NCBI GenBank assembly: GCA_041649255.1
Contig: JBAZNK010000004.1
Span: 28,647 to 92,646 of the forward strand
DNA: 64,000 nucleotides
Source: a bacterium
GTDB lineage: Bacteria; Hydrothermota; UBA3073; JACQXS01; JAQTXJ01
Direction: 5' to 3'
Shown: one piece after another, positions 18,485 to 28,805 of the stretch
How the letters are laid out: each line of letters begins with the position of its first letter
Numbering within the stretch: the first letter of the stretch is position 1
Position numbers and translations under genes: made by a program
The notes under the pieces: model-generated
What the model was told of the DNA's origin: nothing
Seen by the model: only the letters and a program-made list of their open reading frames with translations
The model's database searches: none

Positions 18485-20368
18485 TTATTTCTCGGGCAAG
18501 GGTTTTACAGCAACTACCCTGAGGAAGTGGTCCAGACTTTTCCCCTCTTTCAGAGCCACATCAGTATGGTAATCTCGTGGTATTTCTTCAACAATATTCT
18601 CAAACCCACTTTCTTTAAGAAAACGGGATAACCTCTCAAAATTATACCCTGCTAAATGACAATCCGCTCTGCTACGTTGCCCGCCAAAAATCATCGTCAT
18701 ATTATGGTCTGTTGGGGCATTCATATAATCTTCAATACATTTATCCCCATTTGGACATTCAATAATCAGCTTCCCCCCGGGTTGAAGCACCCTGAACCAT
18801 TCTTTCAACATTTGTTTAGCTTCCGGTATTAAAACATGTTCTATCATATGATATGATTCTACCAGTTCCGCGCTATTACCCTGGAATCCTAAGCTACATG
18901 CATCCATTATTACATCTGCAAACGAATTCTTGTAAAGGTCAATATTAACGTATCCTTTTTTATATACTTTACCACAGCCAATATGTAACCTTAGCTTGTT
19001 ATCACAAACCTGTACTAACGGCGCATAATCATTTAATTCTTCTTTCATCACCCTTAATAAATTTCGTTTCAGGGTATTAAAATCAAACTTTTCACATACC
19101 AACTTTCTTGCATTTTTACTCATTTTTTCCACTAACCGTGGATTATTGGCCAAAAAATTCATTTTTATTGCCAGGTCATTTAGATTAACAATTTCCTCTG
19201 GGAAAGCAATATTATCTTCCCTCACTACTTTATTTGCAACCTCTACCAATAATCCATTATGTTTATTTTTAACAAACTCATTCATAGGAGGAGCATTTGT
19301 AGTGATTGCCGGCAAACCACAAGCTAAGGCTTCTATCAAACTCAAGCCCAATCCATCTAATTTGGACGGGTAAACATAAATTAATCCTTTATGGTAGAGT
19401 CCAGGTAGAGGAATTGTTCCCACACAATAAGTAATTCTTTCATTCTTTTGGACAATCCCAACAATTTCTAACGGTAGTTTTTCCAATCCAATCTGGGAAT
19501 GAATTAAAAGAGAGAAATGAGGATTATATTTTGATATCGCATCAAAAGCCAGTATAACCGCAGGAGTCATCTTACGATAATTTATTCCCACCCATCCCGC
19601 ATTATGGAAAAAAGTATATTGAGCTTTTTCTTTTTTAGGCATAAAAAGCTCGGTATCTGTTCCCCAACCAATATAATGAGCATTGCAAAAATCTTTAACA
19701 AGGTCAAAAGTTCTTTTCGTAGAACACAATACCATATCATACAGTTTCATATAAGGCTTCCAATCTTCCTTATAATAATCAAGATAAGTTATGATTTTTA
19801 CTCCTTTTTGTTTACAAAAAATAATTAGATTCCAATCATACTCTTCATTAAATATAATCATACCTATATTGTTATCGTCAATCCATTTTGCAATTATATT
19901 GTGTGGGATAAGATACTGATTAAAAGTTGTAAGGTTCGAAACTTCCCATTCTCCCTTTGTTTTTAAAGAAGGATTCTCAGGCGTTCCTCCATTCCTTGCA
20001 AAAACAAAAGTATTGTATTCTTCGGACAGCGCATCTCTTATTGTTTTTGTGACATACGCCTGACCTCTTTCAAACCACAAACTTATAAATCCAATATTAA
20101 GTTTATTAGAACATTTTTTTCCCTTTCTTGCTTGGAGTTTTGCTTCGCCAGAAACATTAGTGCAAGTTATCCTGCTCCGCCGTGCTTGCTTACAAAGTCT
20201 ATATATAGAAGAATAACGTTCTTTTACTTCAGGATGTGCTTCTGTTATTGCATCTAACCTAAGCATTGCTTCTTCTGTTTTCCCGCACTTAATTAATGCC
20301 CGGATACGAACTATTTTATCATCAAAATTCATATTCCTCAATTGCCACTCTAATCCCGAGTTTGCCAC
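18485..20368 (-). CDS. Bifunctional protein: N-terminal TPR-like helical module + GT-B glycosyltransferase + C-terminal class I SAM-dependent methyltransferase
   Basis: 627 aa; GT-B motif (GLGLSLIEALACGLPAITT); C-terminal MTase motifs (LHIGCGKVYKKGYVNIDL motif I; LQPGGKLIIECPN). Confidence 0.65.
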   Translation of the reverse strand: MANSGLEWQLRNMNFDDKIVRIRALIKCGKTEEAMLRLDAITEAHPEVKERYSSIYRLCKQARRSRITCTNVSGEAKLQARKGKKCSNKLNIGFISLWFERGQAYVTKTIRDALSEEYNTFVFARNGGTPENPSLKTKGEWEVSNLTTFNQYLIPHNIIAKWIDDNNIGMIIFNEEYDWNLIIFCKQKGVKIITYLDYYKEDWKPYMKLYDMVLCSTKRTFDLVKDFCNAHYIGWGTDTELFMPKKEKAQYTFFHNAGWVGINYRKMTPAVILAFDAISKYNPHFSLLIHSQIGLEKLPLEIVGIVQKNERITYCVGTIPLPGLYHKGLIYVYPSKLDGLGLSLIEALACGLPAITTNAPPMNEFVKNKHNGLLVEVANKVVREDNIAFPEEIVNLNDLAIKMNFLANNPRLVEKMSKNARKLVCEKFDFNTLKRNLLRVMKEELNDYAPLVQVCDNKLRLHIGCGKVYKKGYVNIDLYKNSFADVIMDACSLGFQGNSAELVESYHMIEHVLIPEAKQMLKEWFRVLQPGGKLIIECPNGDKCIEDYMNAPTDHNMTMIFGGQRSRADCHLAGYNFERLSRFLKESGFENIVEEIPRDYHTDVALKEGKSLDHFLRVVAVKPLPEK

Positions 20369-20514
20369 GGGATATGTATATTTATTTTATATAACAAAAA
20401 ACTAAGCTTTGTCAATGCTAATTTTTCAACAAATTCTTAGCTGCTTAGAGTTTGTTATCCTTAATAGAGTGAAGAATTACAAGTTTTTATCTGTCTGCAT
20501 TAGTCTAAGTGGTT

Positions 20515-21708
20515 TTAATCGAATTCTTTTTTAATCAAAAATAATTTTTCAAGATGCCCCGACAACCCATACCCTGGTTCAATTTTTATAGCTCTTTGTA
20601 AATATTCTATCGCGTTGTCAATTTCGTTTTCTTCTTCGTATAATTTTACTAATTTAAGATATGGAGTAAGGTAATCTGGAGTAATTTCAATCGCTTTTTT
20701 ATAATAAAAAATAGCTTTTTCAATAATCCCAAGACACTCATAATTTGCACCTATCATTCCATATATTACGGACGGGGATACTTCCATATTAAATAATGAC
20801 TCGGTATTCCGTTTATTTAATTTTTTCATCCCATTTTTCAATTCTTTGATACTTTCTAAATATTCTTTTTTCAAATTATACGATTGTGACGCCATAATAT
20901 GTAACATAAAGTCATCCGGATATACCCTTAATGTCTTTCTAAACCATTTTAATGCCTCGTCCGGTAATTCTTTTTTATTATAAATATCAATTATATGAAG
21001 CATCCCCGGTAAAAAAATGGCTGATATTTGTGAAACAACTGCTTTCTTAAAATGCTCAATAGCTGTATCATAGTTACTCATAGATTCATATTTTTCACCA
21101 AGATAGAAATTAACAAGAGGGTCCGTTGGTGTTTCTTTATAACATTCTTTTAGCATATTAATTCTTTCTCCGTCATTTTTGTCCTTAGCTAAATATCCTG
21201 TATGGTATATGAAGATGTCTGTAATTCCTATTTTCACCCCTAACTTTTTAATGGAAGACTCTATCTGATTATGTATTTTTCCATTATAACAAATGCCGGG
21301 AATTTTTTTATAAAGTCTTATTAAAGTATTCACTGCAAATATAGGACTGTAAGGGGCAAGAAAATTTTTAGTGTTAATACTGTACGCACTGCACACCGGA
21401 TTTTGAAGAACTTGTTTGATTTTTTCTTTATTCCCAGAATCTATATATTCATCCGCATCTATAATCAGTATCCATTCTTTTGTTGCATATTTTAATGACT
21501 CATTCCTCGCTGCCGAAAAATCATCGCACCACTTAAAATAATATACTTTTGCTCCATATGACTTGGCTATTTCTACCGTTCTATCGGTTGAACCGGTATC
21601 TACTACTATTATCTCATCTACTAAGTCCTTAAAACTATCCAGACATCTTGGTAAATTCTTTTCCTCATCTTTTACAATCATACATAGGGATATGCTTTGT
21701 TTTTTCAT
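20515..21708 (-). CDS. GT2 family glycosyltransferase fused to TPR repeats (GmaR-like), paralog 3 (shorter, 397 aa)
   Basis: The first ~95 codons are near-identical in DNA to paralog 1 (21451-21708 vs 13141-13405); the remainder has diverged. Confidence 0.75.
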   Translation of the reverse strand: MKKQSISLCMIVKDEEKNLPRCLDSFKDLVDEIIVVDTGSTDRTVEIAKSYGAKVYYFKWCDDFSAARNESLKYATKEWILIIDADEYIDSGNKEKIKQVLQNPVCSAYSINTKNFLAPYSPIFAVNTLIRLYKKIPGICYNGKIHNQIESSIKKLGVKIGITDIFIYHTGYLAKDKNDGERINMLKECYKETPTDPLVNFYLGEKYESMSNYDTAIEHFKKAVVSQISAIFLPGMLHIIDIYNKKELPDEALKWFRKTLRVYPDDFMLHIMASQSYNLKKEYLESIKELKNGMKKLNKRNTESLFNMEVSPSVIYGMIGANYECLGIIEKAIFYYKKAIEITPDYLTPYLKLVKLYEEENEIDNAIEYLQRAIKIEPGYGLSGHLEKLFLIKKEFD

Positions 21709-21923
21709 AATTATTAATTTCCCTAATGTGAATTATTTCCCATAAACTCTGCCAAAAGTTGCTTTTGAAATAACCATTGGATTTTTTTATACGATAGGTA
21801 TCGGGACTTGATTTTACACTTCGGGACCCCGCTATGACAGCCGCATCAAGTCCATTTTCATCGACATCGGACATCATCAACGATGTTCCTACATCTCATT
21901 TATAACTATTCTTAATTACTTAT

Positions 21924-22538
21924 TTACTTTTCCAATTCTTTATTAACTATTTTAAGATTTTCTTTAGCTGTTTTATTATCCGGTTCAACTTTTAAAACTT
22001 TCTCATACCCTATTTTAGCTGATTCGTATTTACCCATCTTAAAATAACAATTAGCAAGCGCTATTAATGACCCAACTTCGGGTTGTTTTAATAATCCCGC
22101 CTCATAAAGAGGAATTGCCTGTTCATATTTACCGAGTTCAAAATACACATCTGCAAGGTTTTTCTTTGCACATATATTATTATCATCCATAGCAATTGCA
22201 GAGTGGAAAAAATTCTCAGCTTTTTTCTTATCTCCTCGGATAAAATATAAAGCTCCGATATTGCTATACACCTCTGTTGAAGGCTCAATATCAAGTGCCT
22301 TTTGATAAAATTCAATTGCTTTTTTAGAATCCTTTTTTATTGAATATATATTACCAAGGCCTATATACGGTTGGACAATGTCAGGATATTCCTTACTTAT
22401 CTCCTTGAATTTTTTTTCTGCCTCGTCAACTTTTCCGGTTTTTAAGAGTTTTATAGCTTGTTCAATTATTTTGTCCGGTTTTTCAAAATTTGTGTTAGGC
22501 ATTTGTTTCTTTGAAGATTTACTTTTTTTTGTATCCAT
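21924..22538 (-). CDS. TPR repeat protein with Lys-rich N-terminus
   Basis: 204 aa; 4-5 TPR units (AIEFYQKALDIEP, YEQAIPLYEAGL...). Confidence 0.65.
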   Translation of the reverse strand: MDTKKSKSSKKQMPNTNFEKPDKIIEQAIKLLKTGKVDEAEKKFKEISKEYPDIVQPYIGLGNIYSIKKDSKKAIEFYQKALDIEPSTEVYSNIGALYFIRGDKKKAENFFHSAIAMDDNNICAKKNLADVYFELGKYEQAIPLYEAGLLKQPEVGSLIALANCYFKMGKYESAKIGYEKVLKVEPDNKTAKENLKIVNKELEK

Positions 22539-22922
22539 TCTACCTCCTTCACTTCATTCGGGATATTTACCAGCCATTACCCAAAAGCTTCTAATCCCTT
22601 ACTCCATTTATTTTAAGAATTCCCTTCTTAAAACCATTGCTATGTTTCTTGCTATTTCATCTATTTCAGATGTATTATATAAATCAGTTACTGATTTATT
22701 CTGAATCGTTTTACACCTCTTTGCTACTTTTTTACCGTATTTCTTTTCTCTTTTTTTGTTTCCGTTCATAAATCCTCCATAGCTAAATATCTATATGTAT
22801 TATAGTATAGCAAATTCCGTGTCAAATGTAAAACTCTATAATTCATAGGGATTTCGACAATATATGCAATATGAGATATGAACATTCCCTCCTATTACAG
22901 CTAATTTTCTGCCCATTGTTTA

Positions 22923-25900
22923 TTAGTTATCATTTTTTAAAGTTTTATTTTCTTTAATAATCTTTACTTCTCTATTCAATCTTTCCGATTCCTGTGCAAA
23001 TCTAATAGATTTATCTTTTTCCCCTATTACTCTATAGCAAGTGCTTAAAATTTTATATGCAATCACCTTTTTAAATGCCTCTGTAAGCCTTCCTTCCGAT
23101 ATTAACTTTTCAAGTATCTTAATCGGCTTATTAAAGTTCTTTTGCTGCATAAAAACCATAGCAAGTTGGAAATAATAATACGCCTCTTCTTCTTGAGGTA
23201 GAATAATTACTTCCGGATAAAGTGTGCCTATTCTTTCAATCCCATTTTTAAAAGAGTTTTCTGCCTCTTGATACTTTTCAAGTTTTAAATAATATTCTCC
23301 AAGAAAATAGTACGGCAATGGAGAATTTGGAATAAGCTTGCTCGCAAAAATTACATTTTCAATAGCCTTTTTGAACCCTACTTCTCCTGCACTAACAGCG
23401 CTTTCTATAAGATATTTCAATGCATCATTTTCTTTGTTTATTTTTTCCACTTTCATTTCTTTTTCTTCAATAAACTTTTTTATCCAATCTTTTCCTTCAT
23501 ACCAGCTAATAACCCCATCAATCCCTTTTGCATAATAATAATTTAAAATAAGGGCGTAGCAAGTCTCTAAAAGCGGATCCCTGCTGAACTTGTAACTTTC
23601 TAATTCTTTTTCTGATAACTGCTCCAGTTTGGATACAAGATTTTCGGTATATTTTACTAATTCTTCCCTGTTATAAAAATCACATAAACATCTTCTTTTC
23701 GCTTCTTCCAGACTCCACATATCGGTATGCGGACATTTATAAGACAAAATGCCAAAACTCTCCCCTACTTTTACCTGTCTTTGAATATAACTTTTCAACT
23801 CCTGTTTATGATAATGATAAACGATAGCATCGGCATTATAAACTATTCTGTATTTATTTAGGGTTAATCTTAAACCTAATTCCGAATCCTGCCATCCATA
23901 TTTTAGGCTCTCATCAAACAGACCCGCTTCTTCAAAAGCGCTTCTTCTTAATGATATATTCGGGGCATAAAAATATCTAAATTCAACGTTGTCAGGAGAT
24001 TCAATACTCTCATAAGCAAACTGGATATCCCTGTTTTCTATATAGTTTATAAAATGCGATTTTTCTATTTCAGAAGGCCTTTGAATATACCCTAATACCA
24101 CTGTATTCTCATCCCCTTGTTGATGAGTATTTAAATGCTGCTTTATTAAATCTTTTTTTGCAATTACATCCTGACACGAAAGCAAAATGAATTTTCCCTT
24201 AGCTTCCTGTATCCCCTTATTTGTAGCAGCAGATTGACCTTTATGGGATTGTACATACTGCTTAAATTCACATGGGGCTTTTAATCCTTTAATGGCATCA
24301 ATAGTCCCATCCGTAGAACCATCGTCAACTACGATAATTTCCAAATCATCGGCATTAATACCATCCTGGTTGGCAAACGAATCAATACATTTAAGTAAAA
24401 TTTCTTTGTTATTATAAGAAGGAATAACTACCGATAATAGTTTTTCCTCGGGATACGTAAACTTAACTTTAATTTTATCCATTAAATCGGGTTTTATATG
24501 CCATACGGCAGTATCTTTAGCTTCTATAATCTTATATCCTTTGTTTATTATGCCCAATATAATTTCTTGCAAATTCTTACATTCCTTTGGTATAATTTCC
24601 TTTTTAATAATCATACAAGGAACATTTATGTTCTGAACTACAGTTTTTTCATTTCTGTATTTCTTATAATTTTCCCATACATCATTTTCAAATTCATATA
24701 TAAAATTATACTTAAAGGGCAAACTACTAGGAATAACTATTCCAGCGTCTTTCTTCCTATTTAGGTGACTCATTAAATGTTTATCCCATCGCAATGAGAC
24801 AACAACCCCACTATCCAGTATAGCAATATACTTACCCGAAGAATTTTGAATTATGTAATTTGTAATGTTTTCAAGTTCTTGCTCGTTTTCATATTTAATA
24901 TAAAACTTAAAATTTCGCTCCAATTCTCTGGCAATTTTATCACTTTTTGTCGCAATTAGTATGTCTGATAATTTCTCATCCGTATTAATTACCAAATTTT
25001 CTATAGAAGTTTTCGATATTTCCGTATCCTCCGTTACAATAAAAATTATAGTAAGTTCATTTAACAAATGAGACAACAAAGAAGAATCATAAGAAACTTT
25101 AAACCTTTCCGGGTATTTTTCTTTCGGCTCGGGTAATGTATTCCCAAGGTGAATTAACCTTTTTTCTACCATTTCGACGCTATAATTATCTTTAATAAGA
25201 GCTTTCCCATTTCGAGATAGTCTTTCCCACAATTCTTTATCATTATATACTTTAATTACCTCATTAGCAAAACTCTCAGGCGTATCTGCAATTAATCCGT
25301 GTTTGCCATTTTCTATTCCAATTCCTTCCGCTCCAATTGATGTGGTAACCACCGGAATGCCATTTGCAAGCGCTTCGGTCACTTTTCCTTTCATCCCCGC
25401 CCCATAAGTCAAAGGCGCAACCGAAATGCAACAGGAGTCAAGATATACATTAGTGTCGGGTACATACCCCGTTACGATAATGTCTTCAGACTCAAAAGCT
25501 CTAACTTCCGGAGGAGGAGCATTGCCAACTATAAAAAACTTTATATCCGGTAATTTTTTCTTAATTAAAGGAAATATCTCTTTACAAAAATATAACACCG
25601 CGTCTACATTAGGAGTATGTAAAAAACCTCCTACAAACAAAATATCTCCCCTGTTTTCCCTGCCAATAAAGTCTTCCGTGATTTTATGCGTATTGGGCAA
25701 AATTCTTATATCCAAATTGGGAGATTCCTTTAAAAGCGCTTCTCTATCCGTTTCGCAAACGGTTGTGACTACATCCATTTTTTCATAAGTTGCCAACTCT
25801 TTAATTTTATTATATGTAACTTTTCTAAAAAGAGATGGAATTCCTAAAATTTCTGCTTCTCGGAGTTCTCTCATAAAATGCACATCGTGACTATCCAGCA

Positions 25901-27050
25901 CCGTAACACTTTGTGGAGAAAATTTCCTTATAAAATCTATCCACCTGTCTGCAATATTATAAAATTCCAGAGAAACCAACTTAAATTTATTAAAGGTAAG
26001 CAATGCTTCAATTCCTTCGGGAAAAAGAGGATCATAAATTCCACTAATATGCCGCTTTAAATCACAATGAAAAACTGCTACATCCAATTCTTCCAATTTA
26101 TCTACATATTTTTCATACCCGAGTAAATCTTCCACTATAAACACAACATCATAATATTTCTTTAATATATTTATTTTTTGATACAGTCTCAATCCACCAG
26201 ATGAAGCGTCATACCAGGGAGGATATTCGGCAATTATTAATATTTGTTCTTTTTCTGACGGAACTTTATAAAAAGCGCTCTTATAATTACTTAAAACTTT
26301 TTCCCATTTATTAATAAACTTTTCCCTGTTAACTTCCTGGTGTTTTTTCATCCCGGATTTCACGTCCGTTCCTGCTGTTCCCCCTTCTATATGAGTAACC
26401 AGGCTTTTAGGTTGATACATTACCCTAAGTCCCGCTTCTCTACTTCTAAAACACAAATCAACATCTTCAAAATAGCAGGGACAAAACAATTCATCAAACT
26501 CACCGGTTCTATCTAAAGTACTTCGTTTAATATACATACAAGCGCCTGAAGAATAATCAATCTCTCTCTGATGATTATATTTTGGCTTATCGGGATTATC
26601 TCCCCTGCCGATATTTCGTGTTGCCCCATATCTAAAAATATTTCCTCCCCCTGCTTCATTTATAACACCGGTAGGATAAATAAACTTTGGGGCGACGATA
26701 CCAATATCTTCGGAACTATAAGCGCATTCAATTAATCCTTCAAGCCATCCGTTATGAACTAATGTATCATTATTTAATAACAATATGTCATTCTTTGCAT
26801 AAGTCCTCATAACCTGATTCATAGATAATACAAAACCTACATTCTCAGGGCTATTGATAACATCAACTTTATTTTCTAAACTTTCCAAATATTCTTTAGT
26901 CCCATCCGTACTCGCCTGGTCAAATACGCATATTCTATAATAAGGAGTTTTGGTATTCTTAAAAATACTTTCAATGCAATTCTTTAATAAATCAGCCCTA
27001 TTCCAGGTTGGAATAGTGATTATAACCGGTCTGTTTTTATCTGGTTTCAT
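22923..27050 (-). CDS. Giant multidomain glycosyltransferase: GT2 (GT-A) + GT1/GT4 (GT-B) + second GT2 + C-terminal TPR repeats
   Basis: 1375 aa. N-terminal GT-A (PVIITIPTWNRADLL...DQASTDGT...EDVDLCFR). Central GT-B (LFVGGFLHTPNVDAV...GMKGKVTEALANGIPVVTT). Third domain GT-A (LSVVIPSYNNKEIL...VVDDGSTDGT). C-terminal TPR. Confidence 0.7.
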   Translation of the reverse strand: MKPDKNRPVIITIPTWNRADLLKNCIESIFKNTKTPYYRICVFDQASTDGTKEYLESLENKVDVINSPENVGFVLSMNQVMRTYAKNDILLLNNDTLVHNGWLEGLIECAYSSEDIGIVAPKFIYPTGVINEAGGGNIFRYGATRNIGRGDNPDKPKYNHQREIDYSSGACMYIKRSTLDRTGEFDELFCPCYFEDVDLCFRSREAGLRVMYQPKSLVTHIEGGTAGTDVKSGMKKHQEVNREKFINKWEKVLSNYKSAFYKVPSEKEQILIIAEYPPWYDASSGGLRLYQKINILKKYYDVVFIVEDLLGYEKYVDKLEELDVAVFHCDLKRHISGIYDPLFPEGIEALLTFNKFKLVSLEFYNIADRWIDFIRKFSPQSVTVLDSHDVHFMRELREAEILGIPSLFRKVTYNKIKELATYEKMDVVTTVCETDREALLKESPNLDIRILPNTHKITEDFIGRENRGDILFVGGFLHTPNVDAVLYFCKEIFPLIKKKLPDIKFFIVGNAPPPEVRAFESEDIIVTGYVPDTNVYLDSCCISVAPLTYGAGMKGKVTEALANGIPVVTTSIGAEGIGIENGKHGLIADTPESFANEVIKVYNDKELWERLSRNGKALIKDNYSVEMVEKRLIHLGNTLPEPKEKYPERFKVSYDSSLLSHLLNELTIIFIVTEDTEISKTSIENLVINTDEKLSDILIATKSDKIARELERNFKFYIKYENEQELENITNYIIQNSSGKYIAILDSGVVVSLRWDKHLMSHLNRKKDAGIVIPSSLPFKYNFIYEFENDVWENYKKYRNEKTVVQNINVPCMIIKKEIIPKECKNLQEIILGIINKGYKIIEAKDTAVWHIKPDLMDKIKVKFTYPEEKLLSVVIPSYNNKEILLKCIDSFANQDGINADDLEIIVVDDGSTDGTIDAIKGLKAPCEFKQYVQSHKGQSAATNKGIQEAKGKFILLSCQDVIAKKDLIKQHLNTHQQGDENTVVLGYIQRPSEIEKSHFINYIENRDIQFAYESIESPDNVEFRYFYAPNISLRRSAFEEAGLFDESLKYGWQDSELGLRLTLNKYRIVYNADAIVYHYHKQELKSYIQRQVKVGESFGILSYKCPHTDMWSLEEAKRRCLCDFYNREELVKYTENLVSKLEQLSEKELESYKFSRDPLLETCYALILNYYYAKGIDGVISWYEGKDWIKKFIEEKEMKVEKINKENDALKYLIESAVSAGEVGFKKAIENVIFASKLIPNSPLPYYFLGEYYLKLEKYQEAENSFKNGIERIGTLYPEVIILPQEEEAYYYFQLAMVFMQQKNFNKPIKILEKLISEGRLTEAFKKVIAYKILSTCYRVIGEKDKSIRFAQESERLNREVKIIKENKTLKNDN

Positions 27051-27061
27051 ATAATTCTGCC

Positions 27062-27092
27062 CTTTTTATTAAGCCACAGAATTCACAGAAGG
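27062..27092. repeat. Left arm of an imperfect inverted repeat (CACAGAA units) flanking the GxxExxY gene
   Basis: AGCCACAGAATTCACAGAAGGACACAGAAAA here; its reverse complement TTCTGTGATTTCTGTGTCATTCTGTGGCT lies at 27611-27640. Confidence 0.55.
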
Positions 27093-27143
27093 ACACAGAA
27101 AATTCCCTCGTTTATTTCTGTGAATTTCTATCTTCCGCATCTC

Positions 27144-27527
27144 TCAATACACCATCCTTTTTACTTCACACTTTTTCTCTCCAAAATTTAAAAGAAGTCC
27201 TACTTTTACGTTTGTAGTCTTAAGGTAATTTGATAGTTGAGATTCATTTTTGGAATTGTACTCTTTGTCTACTTTGAGTTCTACCAATACTTTTTCCTCG
27301 ACATAAATGTCACAAGCAAAATCTCCAACAGGTTCTCCTTTATAATGAACACTTATAGAGAATTCACTTTTGGCTTCTATGCCTCTTAATCTAAGTTCCA
27401 CAAGTAATGCATTTTTATATACCTTTTCTAAAAAGCCATATCCCAAGTTTTTGTAAACCTCAAAAGCAGCCCCAATTATCTTCTCTGTTAACTCTTTGTA
27501 TAAAAATTCCTCTGATTTCTGCGTCAT
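27144..27527 (-). CDS. GxxExxY family protein (PD-(D/E)XK-like; family typically found in rRNA intervening sequences)
   Basis: 127 aa; family signature LTEKIIGAAFEVYKNLGYGFLEKVYKNAL...; flanked by inverted repeats. Confidence 0.8.
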   Translation of the reverse strand: MTQKSEEFLYKELTEKIIGAAFEVYKNLGYGFLEKVYKNALLVELRLRGIEAKSEFSISVHYKGEPVGDFACDIYVEEKVLVELKVDKEYNSKNESQLSNYLKTTNVKVGLLLNFGEKKCEVKRMVY

Positions 27528-27610
27528 TCTTTAACTATAAGTTTTATTGGTTTTTTATTTGTTTAACTTTATTCATTATTATATTCTCTATTAACTTTTT
27601 GTATAAGACA

Positions 27611-27640
27611 TTTCTGTGATTTCTGTGTCATTCTGTGGCT
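27611..27640. repeat. Right arm of the inverted repeat flanking the GxxExxY gene; additional CTGTG units follow up to 27720
   Basis: See left arm; extra TCTGTGACTA, ATCTGTGTGCTA and TTTCTGTTTTTG units plus the hairpin CCTGCCTGACGGCAGGCAGG at 27681-27700. Confidence 0.55.
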
Positions 27641-27758
27641 ATAATTTTTATCTGTGACTATCCTTCTACTCCCTGCCTGACGGCAGGCAGGTGTGCAAAT
27701 CTGTGTGCTAATTTTTCTGTTTTTGTTTTTCTTTTCCATTTTCTCTTTGGTCCACTCC

Positions 27759-28805
27759 CTATAATTTTATACACTTCTCAAGAACTTTTTCCGGCAAAAT
27801 AATTGACATACAATCCTTTTCGCATTTACTTTTATAGCACCCCAAACAATCCAATTCAGGTTCAATAATCTCTCCAAGCCCATATAATTCAAACTCATTT
27901 CTGTTGAAAATATTATTCAGAAGTATTATTTTCTTTTCAAATCCTATCGCTATATGTAAAGCCATAGTGACCTGTGTAACCACAACTTCGCACACATTTA
28001 CGACCCAAAGAAAATCCTTTAAACTGAAAGTCCCCCAGTATTCTGCTCCGCTTTTTGTTTTTATCCTTTTGTTTTTTTCGTCTTCCTGCGGTCCTCCCAA
28101 AAGAAGCGGAATAAAACCGGCGCTTTTTAATTTTTTAGCTAATGTTACCCAGTTTTCTTCGCTCCAGTTACGAGTTTCCCATCTCCCCCCGCATCCCGTA
28201 TTTAATCCTACTATGCGACCTTTTAATTTTGGGAGTTCCGGGGACTTACCTTTAAGTTCAAGAATATATTTTTCGCCTGAGAAATTAAATCCGCAAACTT
28301 CAAATATTTCCTCAACATAATGTTTTTTATTAGCTTTTTCTATATCATCCCATAATCCCGTTAAAAACTTATGTTCGGCATCTTTATCAATAGAACTGCA
28401 TTTGCCGTCTTTAAGAATAAAACCCTTTTTTATATCCGCAGAAATAAGCCTTGCAAGGGAACAAGTTTCCTTGTCTTTATCAAGATTGTAAAGTATGTCA
28501 AACTTATCTCCTAAAAGAGATACGACGTTTGAAAGCTCAAACTTCATAGGATAATCTACGATAGAAGGCAAAAGTTCCGGGAATATGCTTAACCATGTAA
28601 TCTCGCTATCGGGATATATCTCTTTGAGTCTTCTTAAAATTGGAGTTGTTCTTATAACGTCTCCTGCTGCGCCAAATTTTATTATTAGAATTCTTTTTGA
28701 CACCTCTTTATAATATTCACAATTGTCACAATGAACTCCCTTTTCTTTATGGAATTTACAAGGAATATCCCCTTTGTAAAACCTGCAATTAGTTTTAATT
28801 TTCAT
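27759..28805 (-). CDS. GT9 family glycosyltransferase (heptosyltransferase-like) with N-terminal Cys4 zinc-ribbon-like motif
   Basis: 348 aa; GT9 motif (ILIIKFGAAGDVIRTTPILRRL); N-terminal C-x7-C-x9-C-x2-C; overlaps the start of the upstream radical-SAM gene by 11 nt (translational coupling). Confidence 0.6.
   Translation of the reverse strand: MKIKTNCRFYKGDIPCKFHKEKGVHCDNCEYYKEVSKRILIIKFGAAGDVIRTTPILRRLKEIYPDSEITWLSIFPELLPSIVDYPMKFELSNVVSLLGDKFDILYNLDKDKETCSLARLISADIKKGFILKDGKCSSIDKDAEHKFLTGLWDDIEKANKKHYVEEIFEVCGFNFSGEKYILELKGKSPELPKLKGRIVGLNTGCGGRWETRNWSEENWVTLAKKLKSAGFIPLLLGGPQEDEKNKRIKTKSGAEYWGTFSLKDFLWVVNVCEVVVTQVTMALHIAIGFEKKIILLNNIFNRNEFELYGLGEIIEPELDCLGCYKSKCEKDCMSIILPEKVLEKCIKL

Noticed and set aside
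22612-22770. ~53-aa basic minus-strand ORF (MNGNKKREKKYGKKVAKRCKTIQ...)
   Set aside because: Too short and low-complexity to support; possibly a real small protein, but there is no evidence beyond an open frame.
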